Shown in pieces: positions 38,643 through 49,362 of a stretch of 64,000 nt of DNA. The position numbers were made by a program, and so were the translations under genes. The number at the start of each line of letters is the position of its first letter. The first letter of the stretch is position 1. Origin of the DNA: Candidatus Spongiisociaceae bacterium (GTDB lineage: Bacteria > Actinomycetota > Acidimicrobiia > Spongiisociales > Spongiisociaceae). Below the pieces are notes generated by a model. The model had not been told where the DNA came from. It did not search any database and was given only the letters and a program-made list of their open reading frames with translations. The stretch is taken from positions 2,720,001 to 2,784,000 of the forward strand of contig OZ253564.1 in assembly GCA_965262915.1 (NCBI GenBank), given 5' to 3'.

Positions 38643-39767
38643 TCAGCTGCCGATAGCCTCGATCACGTAGTCGATACAGGCGGTCAGGGCTTCGACATCC
38701 GAGGGGGGGATCGTCGGCCACAACCCTATCCGCAGTTGGTTGCGTCCCAGCTTCTGGTACGACTCGGTGTCCACCACCCCGTTGGCCCGCAGCGTGGCGG
38801 CCAGGTGGTCGCCGGACAGCGGCGGTTCGAAGTCGATGGTGGCGGTAACACGGGACCGGATGGACGGATCGGCGACGAAGGGTTCGGCCATGGAATGGGC
38901 ATCGGCCCAGCCGTACAGGATGTCGGCGTTGCGGGCGCAGCGTTGCGCCGACCAGGCCAGGCCACCCCGCCCGTTGATCCACTCGACGGTGTCGGTCAGC
39001 AGGTAGATGGTGGCCAGGGCGGGCGTGTTGTACGTCTGGTCCTTGCGGGAGTTGCTGACGGCCGCGGCGAGGGAGAGGAAGGGTGGCATCCATCGTCCGG
39101 ATGCCGCGACCTGCTCGATCCGCTCGACCGCCTTCGGTGAACAGAGGGCGACGTACAGCCCGCCGTCGCCCCCGAAGGCCTTCTGGGGCGAGAAGTAGTA
39201 GACATCGAACTGGGCCGGGTCGACCGGGATCCCGCCCGCGGCCGACGTGGCGTCGACGACGGTCAGCCCTTCCGCCTCCACCATGGTCACAGGCATGGTC
39301 ACCCCGGTCGAGGTCTCGTTGTGGGTGAGCGCGTAGACATCGATCCGGTCCGACGGCACGGGCGAGGGATGCGTACCGGGAACCGATTCGATCACCTGGG
39401 GAGGATCCAGGTGGGGGGCGCCGGTCACCGCCCGGGCGAACTTGGATGAGAATTCGCCGAAGCTGAGATGCTGGCTTGCACGGTCGATCAGGCCGAAGGC
39501 GGCGGCGTCCCAGAAAGCCGTGGCCCCGCCGTTGCCGAGGACGACTTCGTACCCGTCGGGCAGGTGGAACAGTTCGGCCAAGCCCTCCCGCAGCCGGCCC
39601 ACCATCGCACGCACGGTCGGTCGGCGGTGTGAAGTGCCGATATAGGACGTGCCCGAGGCCGCCAGACTATCCAGCGCCTCTTGGCGGACTCTGGTGGGGC
39701 CGCAACCGAACCGGCCGTCCGCCGGGAGCAGGTCGGACGGTATCTGGATCGAGATGTGTTCCGGCAT
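38643..39767 (-). CDS. serC: Phosphoserine transaminase (actinobacterial type)
   Basis: [44 protein letters not shown]. Confidence 0.95.
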   Translation of the reverse strand: MPEHISIQIPSDLLPADGRFGCGPTRVRQEALDSLAASGTSYIGTSHRRPTVRAMVGRLREGLAELFHLPDGYEVVLGNGGATAFWDAAAFGLIDRASQHLSFGEFSSKFARAVTGAPHLDPPQVIESVPGTHPSPVPSDRIDVYALTHNETSTGVTMPVTMVEAEGLTVVDATSAAGGIPVDPAQFDVYYFSPQKAFGGDGGLYVALCSPKAVERIEQVAASGRWMPPFLSLAAAVSNSRKDQTYNTPALATIYLLTDTVEWINGRGGLAWSAQRCARNADILYGWADAHSMAEPFVADPSIRSRVTATIDFEPPLSGDHLAATLRANGVVDTESYQKLGRNQLRIGLWPTIPPSDVEALTACIDYVIEAIGS

Positions 39768-39807
39768 GTCTATCGTTCCATCCCTGGGACCGGATACGGA
39801 GAGTGTG

Positions 39808-41004
39808 ATGCCAGGATTATCGCAGCGAATCCAATCGATGGCCGAATCGGCCACCATGGCAATCACCGCCAAGGCGAAGGCTCTGCGCGCCGCCGGTCAT
39901 GACGTGATCGGCTATGGGGCTGGCGAGCCTGACTTCCCCACTCCCTCCCCCATTGTGGCCGCCGCCATAGAAGCTGCCGCTGACCCGGTCATGCACAGGT
40001 ACACCCCGGCACCCGGCCTCCCTTCGCTCCGTGAGGCGGTGGCCGCCAAGACCTACCGGGATTCGGGCTACGAGGTGGCGCCTTCGCAGGTGATCATCAC
40101 CAACGGCGGCAAGCAAGGTGTCTACACGGGGATTCACTGCCTGGTCGATCCGGGGGACGAGGTCTTGCTGCCGGCGCCCTATTGGGTCACCTATCCGGCG
40201 GTGGTCGACCTGGCCGGCGGGGTGACCGTTCCCATCGAGACCGATGAGGGCAGCGGTTTCAAGGTGACGGTGGATCAACTCGAGGCCGCCTACACCCCCC
40301 GTACCAAGCTGTTGATCTTCGTGTCCCCGTCCAACCCGACCGGTGCGGTATACAACGCGTTTGAAGTAGCCGAGATCGGGCGTTGGGCGGTCGATCGAGG
40401 TATCTGGGTGCTGACCGATGAGATCTACGAGCATCTCGTGTACGGGGATGCCGAGTTCGCATCGCTGCCGGTGGAGGCGCCCGAGTTGGCCGAACGGTGC
40501 GTCATAGTGAACGGGGTGGCCAAGACCTACGCGATGACCGGTTGGAGGGTGGGATGGATGGTCGCCCCGGCCCATGTGATCGCGGGAGCTACCAAGCTCC
40601 AGGGCCACCTGACATCCAACGTGTCCAACATTGCGCAGGCCGGCGCCATTGCTGCCGTGTCGGGGCCCCTCGACGATGTGTACATGATGAGAGAGGCGTT
40701 CGACCGGCGCAGACGAATCATGCACCGGATGCTCAACGAGACGAAAGGCATCGACTGCATCGAACCGGAAGGAGCTTTCTACTGCTTCGCGTCGGTACGG
40801 GGGGCGCTCGGCCGCCGTGTGGGAGATGTCCGGCCCGCCACCGCACTGGAACTGGCCGACGCCTGCCTCGATCAGGCCGGGGTGGCCTTCGTTCCCGGTG
40901 AGGCGTTCGGGGCCCCGGGCTACGCCCGCTTCTCCTATGCACTCGGTGATGAAGACCTCGTGACCGGATTGGCCAGATTCCAAGACCTCCTCGGAACCTC
41001 TTGA
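39808..41004 (+). CDS. Class I PLP aminotransferase (aspartate aminotransferase)
   Basis: [30 protein letters not shown]. Confidence 0.93.
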   Translation: MPGLSQRIQSMAESATMAITAKAKALRAAGHDVIGYGAGEPDFPTPSPIVAAAIEAAADPVMHRYTPAPGLPSLREAVAAKTYRDSGYEVAPSQVIITNGGKQGVYTGIHCLVDPGDEVLLPAPYWVTYPAVVDLAGGVTVPIETDEGSGFKVTVDQLEAAYTPRTKLLIFVSPSNPTGAVYNAFEVAEIGRWAVDRGIWVLTDEIYEHLVYGDAEFASLPVEAPELAERCVIVNGVAKTYAMTGWRVGWMVAPAHVIAGATKLQGHLTSNVSNIAQAGAIAAVSGPLDDVYMMREAFDRRRRIMHRMLNETKGIDCIEPEGAFYCFASVRGALGRRVGDVRPATALELADACLDQAGVAFVPGEAFGAPGYARFSYALGDEDLVTGLARFQDLLGTS

Positions 41005-41088
41005 GAGAGCAAGAAGGGTCTCGATTTACTCAGTACCCAAAATAGAATCACTCAATCCTGTGAGTCGGCGGCTGGCGAGGGGTTTCTT

Positions 41089-41877
41089 CTAGGGCGTGTT
41101 CACGTTTCTGAGCGTGTCGTGTATGAGCGCGAGGGTGATGAATGCTAGGAACATCACGTCGAGTTTGTCGTAGCGGGTGAAGACACGCCGGTAGCCTTTG
41201 AGCCGTCGGAAGAGCCGTTCGACCTCGTTCCGTCGCTTGTATATCGGACGGTTGTAGTCCCACGGGTGGCGGCGGTTGCTTCGGGGTGGGATGACCGGCG
41301 TGTAGCCCAGAGCGACGGCCAGTTGCCGTGTTTCGTCCCCTTCATAGGCGCGGTCCGCTACCAGGAACAGCTCTAGCTGCTCCCCTTCCTGCTCCTTTTT
41401 TCGTGGGCCCATCTTTTTGAGGAGCTCCCGCCCATGGGGAGCATCATGGTCCTGACCTGGGGAAAGAGCGAATAAGACGGCGCTACAAGCGCTGGCCGCG
41501 ACCATGTGGATCTTGGTGTTCAACCCTCCCCGGGAGCGACCGATGGCCTGGGGACCCCGCTTTCGGAGAGCACCACAGCCGTCGGGATGAACCTTGACCG
41601 ACGTGCTGTCCAGGCCCAGAACTTCGAGGTCGATGAGCTGTTCCTGCTGTAGACGCTGGAACACCCGGTCCAAGACGCCGCTGGCCGCCCAGCGGCTCAT
41701 CCGCATGTAAACGGTGTGCCAGTTCCCGAACCGTTCGGGAAGCGCCCGCCATTTGCAGCCGTGCTCCAGTACGTACAGGATGCCGTTGAGGGCTTGGAGG
41801 TTGGATACCTTGACGGTACCGCGGGGTTTCGGGAACACGTCTACTATGAGTTGGTATTGTTCTTGTGTTATTGTCAT
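41089..41877 (-). CDS. IS5-family transposase (single ORF)
   Basis: GCKWRALP..FG.W.TVY, LDST.VKVH, GRSRGG.NTKIH, ADRAY, YKRRNEVER.F. Confidence 0.93.
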   Translation of the reverse strand: MTITQEQYQLIVDVFPKPRGTVKVSNLQALNGILYVLEHGCKWRALPERFGNWHTVYMRMSRWAASGVLDRVFQRLQQEQLIDLEVLGLDSTSVKVHPDGCGALRKRGPQAIGRSRGGLNTKIHMVAASACSAVLFALSPGQDHDAPHGRELLKKMGPRKKEQEGEQLELFLVADRAYEGDETRQLAVALGYTPVIPPRSNRRHPWDYNRPIYKRRNEVERLFRRLKGYRRVFTRYDKLDVMFLAFITLALIHDTLRNVNTP

Positions 41878-41921
41878 ATCGTAATGATATCACATCAGTG
41901 TAACTTTAGGTGAACACGCCC
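41092..41921 (-). mobile_element. IS5-family (IS427-group-like) insertion sequence, apparently intact
   Basis: Perfect 12-bp IR GGGCGTGTTCAC/GTGAACACGCCC flanked by TA on both sides. Confidence 0.92.
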
Positions 41922-41970
41922 TAATAGACGACTCCGGTACGGTCAGTCCGAGAAGTTGCACTTGCTCACC

Positions 41971-43638
41971 ATGCCTCCGACAGAGATGATTGGATACCGG
42001 GGCCCCGTCTTCCGGTGCTTTGTCCTGGGCGTTGTCGCACTGGTTGCGGTTGCGCTGTCCGGTTGTGGGAACAGTCCAAGACCGACACCACCGCTAACTA
42101 CTGTGACTACCTCCCCATCTGTCGTTCCGAGCACAGCGGCCCCCCTCACGCCTGTAGCCACTGCGACTAGTACCACCACCGTTGCGATCCCATCGTCGGC
42201 ACCTGTCGAGACTCCAGCTTCGACAACGTCTACCACCAGTAAGTCGCCTACCACGAGTACGTCGATATCGACGTCTGTGACCCCGACCGTGTCCCGCCCC
42301 CCGGACACTCTTGCGGAGTCCGATGAGCGACCGGCGCTGGAGGGCAAGTTCATCTCAGTGATAGTGTCGGAAATCTCGGAGACTGGCGCGGAAGCGGCGC
42401 GCGCTGATCTCGAGAGCCGATTCGGGCTGCAGTTTGGGATTCTCCGTAGCGATGACTTCAGGAGCCTCAATCCGGGCTACTGGGTCGTCTATGCGGGGCC
42501 ATTTGCCACCGCCGAGGAGTCCCAGGATGCCTGCTGGTCCGACCTGGACATGCGGACCGCCTCTCGGTGTTACGGTCGACGCCTCTCTCAGAATGCTGAG
42601 GATGTGGAGATTGTCTATCCGCCTGCACCTGCTCGTCGTAGATCCGCACCTAGTGCGATCGCGACTCCCGATGAGGAGTTGTCAGCACCTGGCGTGTACC
42701 AAATGATTGCCCCGTCGGTGGCGTTCATCGTGAATGGCGATGGCACCGGTTCGGGGAGTGGAATACTGATCGAGGGCGGCTACGTGGTAACGAACCACCA
42801 TGTTGTCGAGCCGCATACTGCGGTTATGTGGATGGTCTTTCCTGATGGCACAGAGTTCCGGGATGTTCCGGTGGTGGGGTGGGCAACAGCGGCTGACCTA
42901 GCCGTGCTGGGGCCGGTCACTGTTCATATCCCGCCGTTGAGGCTCCAGAACGGAGAGGAAATGGCTCCTGGTAGTGATGTCTTCCTGGTGGGTTACCCCG
43001 CCGAGGTGACGCTCTACCCGCAGGCGTCTATCACCCAGGGTGTCTTGTCGCGGTCTTACGAAGAAGAGGCGACCGGACTCACGGTATTTCGGACCGACGC
43101 GGCCGCTATGGGTGGACAGAGCGGAGGGGCGATGGTCAACGCGCTGGGTGAGGTAATCGGAGTGACAACGCGAGGTATCAGGTCCCGCATAAGCGACCAA
43201 CCGGTTTTCACTGAGGCTTACTCGGCGGCCGACTACGAAGCCATTGTGGACAGGATAATCCGAGACGCGAATCCGACGGCGCCTGTCACGACGGTCAGGG
43301 CAGGACGCACGGGGACAGAGGCCGAACGGCCGAAGCCGTTCGAGGGCACGTTCGTTTCGGTGGTAGTGTCGGCGACGTCCGGGACAGCTGCGGAGCAGGC
43401 GCGCGATGACCTCGAGGGTCGATTGGGGTTCCGGTTCGGGATTCTCCGAAGTGATGACTTCAAGAGCCTTAATCCGGGCTATTGGGTCGTTTATGCCGGA
43501 CCATTCGCAACCGCTGCGGAGTCCCAAGACGTCTGCTGGTCCGATCTGAACATGCGCAGCGCCTCTCTCTGCTACGGGCGACGCCTCTCCCAGGATCCTG
43601 CCGATAGGGAGATCGTCTACGCGCCCGCACGACGTTGA
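41971..43638 (+). CDS. Lipoprotein: Thr/Ser linker, trypsin-like (S1C) protease flanked by two copies of a ~95-aa domain; start uncertain
   Basis: LSGC lipobox; GSG..VVTNHHVV, DLAVL, GQSGG triad; duplicated ILRSDDF.SLNPGYWVVYAGPF..C..C domain. Confidence 0.82.
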   Translation: MPPTEMIGYRGPVFRCFVLGVVALVAVALSGCGNSPRPTPPLTTVTTSPSVVPSTAAPLTPVATATSTTTVAIPSSAPVETPASTTSTTSKSPTTSTSISTSVTPTVSRPPDTLAESDERPALEGKFISVIVSEISETGAEAARADLESRFGLQFGILRSDDFRSLNPGYWVVYAGPFATAEESQDACWSDLDMRTASRCYGRRLSQNAEDVEIVYPPAPARRRSAPSAIATPDEELSAPGVYQMIAPSVAFIVNGDGTGSGSGILIEGGYVVTNHHVVEPHTAVMWMVFPDGTEFRDVPVVGWATAADLAVLGPVTVHIPPLRLQNGEEMAPGSDVFLVGYPAEVTLYPQASITQGVLSRSYEEEATGLTVFRTDAAAMGGQSGGAMVNALGEVIGVTTRGIRSRISDQPVFTEAYSAADYEAIVDRIIRDANPTAPVTTVRAGRTGTEAERPKPFEGTFVSVVVSATSGTAAEQARDDLEGRLGFRFGILRSDDFKSLNPGYWVVYAGPFATAAESQDVCWSDLNMRSASLCYGRRLSQDPADREIVYAPARR

Positions 43639-43724
43639 CTACGAATCGGCGTACTCCGGAACATCTTGGTCTCATGACCGGCCAATAGGACGTATATGTT
43701 GTGTCGCCGGGACGGTCTATCGAC

Positions 43725-44882
43725 TCACTGTTCCGGTGTGTGGTTGATAGTCGGGTCCAGGTGGCGCCGGAGCCAGAGAGCACCTCCGAGGACCACCGTT
43801 CCTATTCCGGCCCACACCATTTCGAGGATCCGTCGGGACCGGCTGTCCGGTGACTCCGGGCTCGGATCGGGCGGAGGAGAAGCAACGCCAATCTCCTCGC
43901 CACCGGCTTGGGCGGGTAAGAGGCCAGAGGTCGGAGGCGACTGTTCATGCGGTTGGATCGTTGAGGGGGCTGTCGGAGCGGGCGATACCAACGTGACGGA
44001 TGTGGTGTCGGGTGGAACGTCGATGGTCGTCTCCGGCAGATCTACCGGCTGCGCGGGAGCCGACGTGGTTGATGTCGTAGTCGCCGCGGCTGTGGTGGAC
44101 CGCGTGGGTGATGAAGAGGAAGCGGGTCCTGCTACCGAGAGAGCGGCCGTAACTGCCGCCGGGAAGCTGTGCTCAACCAGCGCGAAGGCCTGGTCGCCGG
44201 GGCAGGTGGTCCTCGACATGGTCCGGTGGCCGGTGATGGTCGGTGTCACCACCAACTTTCCCTCTGGGTGGAGGTTCGATCCGCGGGAGACGAACTCGAC
44301 GGTCGACCCGGGGCGGGGATCGATTTTGTAAGTATTCGCCAGCCAGGCCAGGAGAGCGACCATGGCCGATCGGGCATCCTCGGTGGGGGCGACATCCTGG
44401 TGATTGCCGATAAAGCATGTCAGGAGAGCGAACCCTTGGCTCCCGCCGGTGGCGTCACCCCGTACCGGCCACTCGATGCTCCCCTGCCGCCCCTCGAAGA
44501 TCTGCCCATGCTCGTCGACGAGGAAGTTGTAGGCGATATCGGGCCAACCCTTCGCGGCCGACGTGTGGTAGTGGTAGAAGCTGCGCAGATACCGGATGGA
44601 CTGTTCAGCCGAATAGTCGTTGGGCGATGCGCTGTGATGCACCAGGAGAAAGCGCACATCGCCTGGCGCCTCCCTCTTCATCGGTCCGGTCGGCGGCAGG
44701 CCGGCACCCCACACGTCGCGAGGCAGGATCACGTGACCGGCTCCGATGGAGACACCATCCGCCTGAGCGGCAGCACGAGAGGCGGAGGCTGTCGGCAGGA
44801 GCAATCCGGCCGCGGCGCCGAGTCCGCCCAGTACCAGGAATCCGCGCCGTGTAAGCGACCCGCCATCAGACGGCTCACACAC
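43725..44882 (-). CDS. Tat-exported N-acetylmuramoyl-L-alanine amidase (Amidase_2/PGRP-like) with C-terminal TM anchor
   Basis: LTRRGFL, VHHSA, GWPDIAYNFLVD..G.IFEGR, GHR..T.CPG. Confidence 0.88.
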   Translation of the reverse strand: MCEPSDGGSLTRRGFLVLGGLGAAAGLLLPTASASRAAAQADGVSIGAGHVILPRDVWGAGLPPTGPMKREAPGDVRFLLVHHSASPNDYSAEQSIRYLRSFYHYHTSAAKGWPDIAYNFLVDEHGQIFEGRQGSIEWPVRGDATGGSQGFALLTCFIGNHQDVAPTEDARSAMVALLAWLANTYKIDPRPGSTVEFVSRGSNLHPEGKLVVTPTITGHRTMSRTTCPGDQAFALVEHSFPAAVTAALSVAGPASSSSPTRSTTAAATTTSTTSAPAQPVDLPETTIDVPPDTTSVTLVSPAPTAPSTIQPHEQSPPTSGLLPAQAGGEEIGVASPPPDPSPESPDSRSRRILEMVWAGIGTVVLGGALWLRRHLDPTINHTPEQ

Positions 44883-45146
44883 GATAGGCGACCTCGCTTT
44901 CGGTAGTGATCACAGCCGGCCAGGGTCGGCGGCCGGGTTGGTCCTTCGCGCGATTGCAGCATTGAAGGTTCGCGGTCTCAGGTGAGCCCCTCTCATGTTA
45001 GAAGGATCCCGCGGACAGCCCCGTATGGGTTGGGGAGAAAGACCATCATCGACACTCCGTCGCCTGCGCCCGATCGGCATCTTCATCCAACGGCAGAACC
45101 GGCGCTTCCCATGAGGGTCAGGAACCTCTCGGGTGCCCTGTCAGGT

Positions 45147-46421
45147 TCACCCGGCGCCTGCTCCGGACCACAGGCGGTCGATCGGCAGGGCAATGATGCC
45201 CGCATCTGCGCCTCTGTAGCGGATGCTGTGCGGGCCCGTATACAGCACCGCGCCGACAGTGAAGCGGTCGCCGAGCGCGTCGCGTAGTATCCGCAGACCC
45301 CGACGGTCCTTGGGATGAATCCTCGAACCGGCCTTCACCTCGATACCGACCACCGAGCCGTCCCGCCCATCCTCGAGGACGATGTCCACCTCGGCGCCGT
45401 TATGCGTGCGCCAGTGGCCGACATGGGGCCGATGTTCCATCCAGGAAACCTGTTTGAGTACCTCGCCGACGACGAAGGTCTCCAGCAGATGCCCGAACTG
45501 CTGCAGCGCCGCCGCATCCAGCCCTGCCAGCTTCTCAGGTGGGAGTCGAAGCAGCCGTGCAGCCAGACCCGAGTCCACTATGTGGAGTTTGGGACGCGCT
45601 CCCGTCGCCGAGCGCAGAGTTCTGCCCCAAGCAGGCAGTAACCGCACCAGGAAGCCGGCTTCGAAAAGCTTGACATAGTCGGACGCTGTGCTGGCTGCCA
45701 GCCCCGCCGCCCCTCCCGCGCGTGACACGTTGACGACCTGAGCCGTCTGCGACGCGAGGCGCAAGAGCAGCGGAGCGAGCGCGGCAGGCTGCCGCACACG
45801 GCCGACCTCCAGCAGGTCCCGCTCCAGACAGAGAGCCAAGTAGTCGTCGAACCAGCGAATCCGCGCCGCCTCGGTTCGCGTCAGAGCCAACGGGAAGCCA
45901 CCCCGTGCAATACGCTCCGCGTACCGGTGACGGGTAGTAGTAGACGGCTCGGGGGATACGGTCACCGCCGGATCATCGAAGAATGCCTCGATCAGGTTCT
46001 CACGGGTTCCGTCGATTTCTCCCTGTGAGAGCGGGAGGATCTCAAGCCGGTGCAGCCGACCGGTCAGGGACTGCGTCGCGAGTGGTAGCGCTTCGAAGCG
46101 GGTGGATCCGGCCAGCACGAACCGTCCCGGCTCACCATCCCGGTTCAACTCGGCCTTGATCGAGTCCAGCAAGACCGGGACATGCTGGTACTCGTCGATG
46201 AACACCGGCCCGGGACCAGAGACGAACAGCCCGGGATCGTCGCGAGCCGCCGCGCGCACTCCCGGATCGTCGAGATCGACCACATAGGCGCTGTGACGCG
46301 CAGCCAGCGCCTGCAATAGCGTCGACTTGCCGACGGACCGAGGACCCTGCAGCAACACCACCGGCGACTCTGCCATACGACGAACGGCAATGTTCTCCAA
46401 TCGTCGCCGAATCAACTCCAC
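45147..46421 (-). CDS. AAA_14 ATPase with DUF4143 and PD-(D/E)xK C-terminus
   Basis: GPRSVGKST, FIDEYQ, SLTGR, GGFP, DSGL, EVDIVLE..IEVK. Confidence 0.9.
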   Translation of the reverse strand: MELIRRRLENIAVRRMAESPVVLLQGPRSVGKSTLLQALAARHSAYVVDLDDPGVRAAARDDPGLFVSGPGPVFIDEYQHVPVLLDSIKAELNRDGEPGRFVLAGSTRFEALPLATQSLTGRLHRLEILPLSQGEIDGTRENLIEAFFDDPAVTVSPEPSTTTRHRYAERIARGGFPLALTRTEAARIRWFDDYLALCLERDLLEVGRVRQPAALAPLLLRLASQTAQVVNVSRAGGAAGLAASTASDYVKLFEAGFLVRLLPAWGRTLRSATGARPKLHIVDSGLAARLLRLPPEKLAGLDAAALQQFGHLLETFVVGEVLKQVSWMEHRPHVGHWRTHNGAEVDIVLEDGRDGSVVGIEVKAGSRIHPKDRRGLRILRDALGDRFTVGAVLYTGPHSIRYRGADAGIIALPIDRLWSGAGAG

Positions 46422-46436
46422 CGGCCAGTCTCCTCC

Positions 46437-46540
46437 CCGTGAAACTCCGGGCTATTCTACCGTGAAATTTAGGGCTGTTCTACCGGCAAACTCGAAGGGA
46501 ACTTACCGTGAAACACTACGAGGCTTTGCTGCGAACTCCA
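46437..46540. repeat. Imperfect 23-bp-period array (x5), core CCGTGAAA
   Basis: Cores at 46437, 46460, 46483, 46506, 46529. Confidence 0.72.
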
Positions 46541-46648
46541 GACCCGAAGGAACGTGCAGGTGATCGGCAATGGATTGATCGAGGGGGTTCGGGGTCGGGA
46601 GTGGTGGAGATGCGCGGAAAGCGTCCCTGAGCTTGCATCAGTGGGTAT

Positions 46649-48910
46649 TCAGGCTCGAGCGGATTCTCCATCCGCCACTCGACACCGGCCGCTGAGAGCG
46701 ACGTGTTCGGGTCTGACGGGGGTGCGGTTTAGTTCGAGGCCGGTGGCTTGTCGGATGGCCGCCACCACCGAGGCCGTGGAGGACACGGTAGGTGGCTCCC
46801 CGACGCCCTTGGCGCCGAACGGACCGAAGGAACTGGGTTCTTCGATTACCTGGATTTCGATCGGCGGGGCGTCCAGGAAGGTGGGGAGCAGGTAGTCGGT
46901 GAAGGTGGGGTTCTTGATGACGCCATCTTCGACCACCACTTCCTCCAGGGTGGCGAGACCGATGCCCTGCATGGTCCCGCCCTCGATCTGGCCGACCACG
47001 GAGCGGGGGTTGATCATGAAACCGACGTCCTGGACCGTGTCGATCTGCACCACTTTGAACAGTCCCAGTTCCTGATCCACGTCGACCACCGCCCGGTGAA
47101 CCGCGAACCCGAAATCGACGTACAGATCGCCCTGGCCGTTGTGGTCCGGCGCCTCGGTTGGGGGGTGGTGGAACCGGGTGTGGTATTCGATGTTCTGGTT
47201 GCCCACGAGGTCTCTCATCGAGGTGACCAGCATCCCGTCTTTCCACACGCCCGACGCGTCCAGCTCGTCGCCCCCGCCCCGGCTGAGGGCGATCTCCCGC
47301 GCCATGCCGGCGGCTTCGAGCACCGCTCCCCCGGTCATCTGCGTCTGGCGGGACGCCGATGTGGACCCTGCCGATCCGATCTTGGAGGTGTCGTCGAAGT
47401 AGACCACCACGTCCTCGATCCCGAGGACGGTCCGGGCGATCTGGGCACATGACGCGCCGAGACCCTGGCCTACTTCCACTGCTGCGGTATGCACCTCGAC
47501 ACCGAATGGCGTGATGCAGACCCGTGCTTCGGCGTAGTCATCGAAGCCACCGGAGAAACACAGGTTCTTGACCCCGACGGCGTAGCCAACTCCACGATTC
47601 ACCGCGCCGCGGGGGGTGGTGAGGCCGGTACCGCCCGGGAGTAGCCGAGGGTCCTCGCTCAGGTTTTCCGGGGGCAGCGGCATGCGGCGCACCCGTTCCA
47701 GTATCTCCACGACGGGCGCCGATGTGTCGATCAGCTGCCCGGAGGTGGCCAGCGGGTCACCGCGCCGTAGCGCGTTCTTGATTCTGAGTTCGACCCGGTC
47801 CATGCCGAGGGCGTCGGCCAGCTTGTCCATCTGGGCTTCGTGGCCGAAGCAGGCCTGTACGGCGCCGAACCCGCGCATCGCCCCGCACGGAGGGTTGTTG
47901 GTCCTGGCAGCCACGCCGTCGACCGCCACCGAGTCACAGCGGTAAGGACCGGCGGCGTGGTAGACGGCGTTGAGGATCACCGAGTTGCTGGTCGATTGGA
48001 ATGCGCCCCCGTCGATGATGATCTTGGCTTCGATCCGCCGGAGAGTCCCGTCCGTATCGGCCTCGTGGCGGAACCAGAGGCGGGCCGGATGCCGGTGAAC
48101 GTGGCCCACGAAGCTCTCGGCTCGGCTATAGACCATCTTGACGGGCTTGCCCGTGTAGAGAGCCAGCAGACAGAGGTGGATCTGGAGGCTCACGTCTTCC
48201 CGGGCGCCGAAGGCCCCTCCCACGCCGGCATGATGCACCCGCACCGCATCGTCCTCCAGACCGAGCCCGGCCACGATCTGCTCGTGGTCGGAGTGGGTCC
48301 ATTGGGTGGCTATGTGCAGGTCGACTCCACCCCGGTCGTCGGGGATCGCCATACCGGACTCGGTGCCGAGGGGCGCCTGGTCTTGCATTCCCACCTCGTA
48401 ATAACCCTCCACCACCACCGAGCTTTGGAGGTCCTGCGGGCCCCGGCGGCAACTGAGCCGGTGGAAGACCGAATCGATCTTGTCGGCCTCCTCGGGATCG
48501 GTGAGCGGCGCCAGCACTTCGTACTCGATGTCGATGGCTTCCACCGCCAAACGAGCCGTCTCGGGATCGTCGGCCGCCACCAGGGCGATGGGCTGGCCCC
48601 AGAACTCCACCGTCTCCGAACCGAGGATGGGTTGGTCGGCGTGCTCGAGACCGAACGTCTTGCGTCCCGGAACGTCGTCGCCGGTGAGCACCGCGTGGAC
48701 ACCGGTCATCGCCACGGCGGAGCCGATGTCCAGCTTCGTGATGTTGGCCTTGGGGTGGGGACTGCGCAGGGTGGCGCCCCAGAGCATCCGGTCCATATAC
48801 AGGTCGGAGGAGTACGTGTAGGTTCCGTCCACCTTGGGGATACCGTCCCAACGGTGGGTCGACTCGCCGACACCGCCCCGGACCCTCCGCGTGCGGACCC
48901 GGGTCGTCAT
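46649..48910 (-). CDS. pucD: Xanthine dehydrogenase molybdopterin-binding subunit
   Basis: GGAFGARED, CGAMRGFG, GSTSASRQT, GQIEGG, AKGVGE. Confidence 0.88.
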   Translation of the reverse strand: MTTRVRTRRVRGGVGESTHRWDGIPKVDGTYTYSSDLYMDRMLWGATLRSPHPKANITKLDIGSAVAMTGVHAVLTGDDVPGRKTFGLEHADQPILGSETVEFWGQPIALVAADDPETARLAVEAIDIEYEVLAPLTDPEEADKIDSVFHRLSCRRGPQDLQSSVVVEGYYEVGMQDQAPLGTESGMAIPDDRGGVDLHIATQWTHSDHEQIVAGLGLEDDAVRVHHAGVGGAFGAREDVSLQIHLCLLALYTGKPVKMVYSRAESFVGHVHRHPARLWFRHEADTDGTLRRIEAKIIIDGGAFQSTSNSVILNAVYHAAGPYRCDSVAVDGVAARTNNPPCGAMRGFGAVQACFGHEAQMDKLADALGMDRVELRIKNALRRGDPLATSGQLIDTSAPVVEILERVRRMPLPPENLSEDPRLLPGGTGLTTPRGAVNRGVGYAVGVKNLCFSGGFDDYAEARVCITPFGVEVHTAAVEVGQGLGASCAQIARTVLGIEDVVVYFDDTSKIGSAGSTSASRQTQMTGGAVLEAAGMAREIALSRGGGDELDASGVWKDGMLVTSMRDLVGNQNIEYHTRFHHPPTEAPDHNGQGDLYVDFGFAVHRAVVDVDQELGLFKVVQIDTVQDVGFMINPRSVVGQIEGGTMQGIGLATLEEVVVEDGVIKNPTFTDYLLPTFLDAPPIEIQVIEEPSSFGPFGAKGVGEPPTVSSTASVVAAIRQATGLELNRTPVRPEHVALSGRCRVADGESARA

Positions 48911-49362
48911 GGCCCGACCACCAGGGTCTCGAGACCGCGCAGGATCGCACCGTAGCCGGTGCAGCGGCAGATGTTACCGGCCAGGGCCTCCCTTATCTCG
49001 TCGGAGGTAGGGGCCGGGTTCTCGTCGAGCAGGGCAGCGGCGGCCACCACGAACCCCGGGGTGCAGAAGCCGCACTGCACGGCGCCCGAGTCGACCAGCG
49101 CTCTCTGCACGGGATGTAGTTCCGATCCGCCCAGTCCTTCCACCGTGACGATCTCGGAGCCCTCCGCATCCACCGCCATCACGAGGCAGGCGCAGACGAG
49201 GTTGCCGTCGAGGAGTACCGAGCAGGAACCGCACTCCCCCTGCTCGCATGCGCCCTTGGATCCGGGAAGCCCGAGCCGCTCCCGCAGGGCGAACAGCAGG
49301 CTTTCGGAGCCCTTGACCTCGCACTCCCTGAATTCTCCGTTGATCGTGGCTCGGATCCTCAT
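48907..49362 (-). CDS. pucE: Xanthine dehydrogenase 2Fe-2S subunit
   Basis: CEQGECGSC, QCGFCTPG, GNICRCTGY. Confidence 0.9.
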   Translation of the reverse strand: MRIRATINGEFRECEVKGSESLLFALRERLGLPGSKGACEQGECGSCSVLLDGNLVCACLVMAVDAEGSEIVTVEGLGGSELHPVQRALVDSGAVQCGFCTPGFVVAAAALLDENPAPTSDEIREALAGNICRCTGYGAILRGLETLVVGP

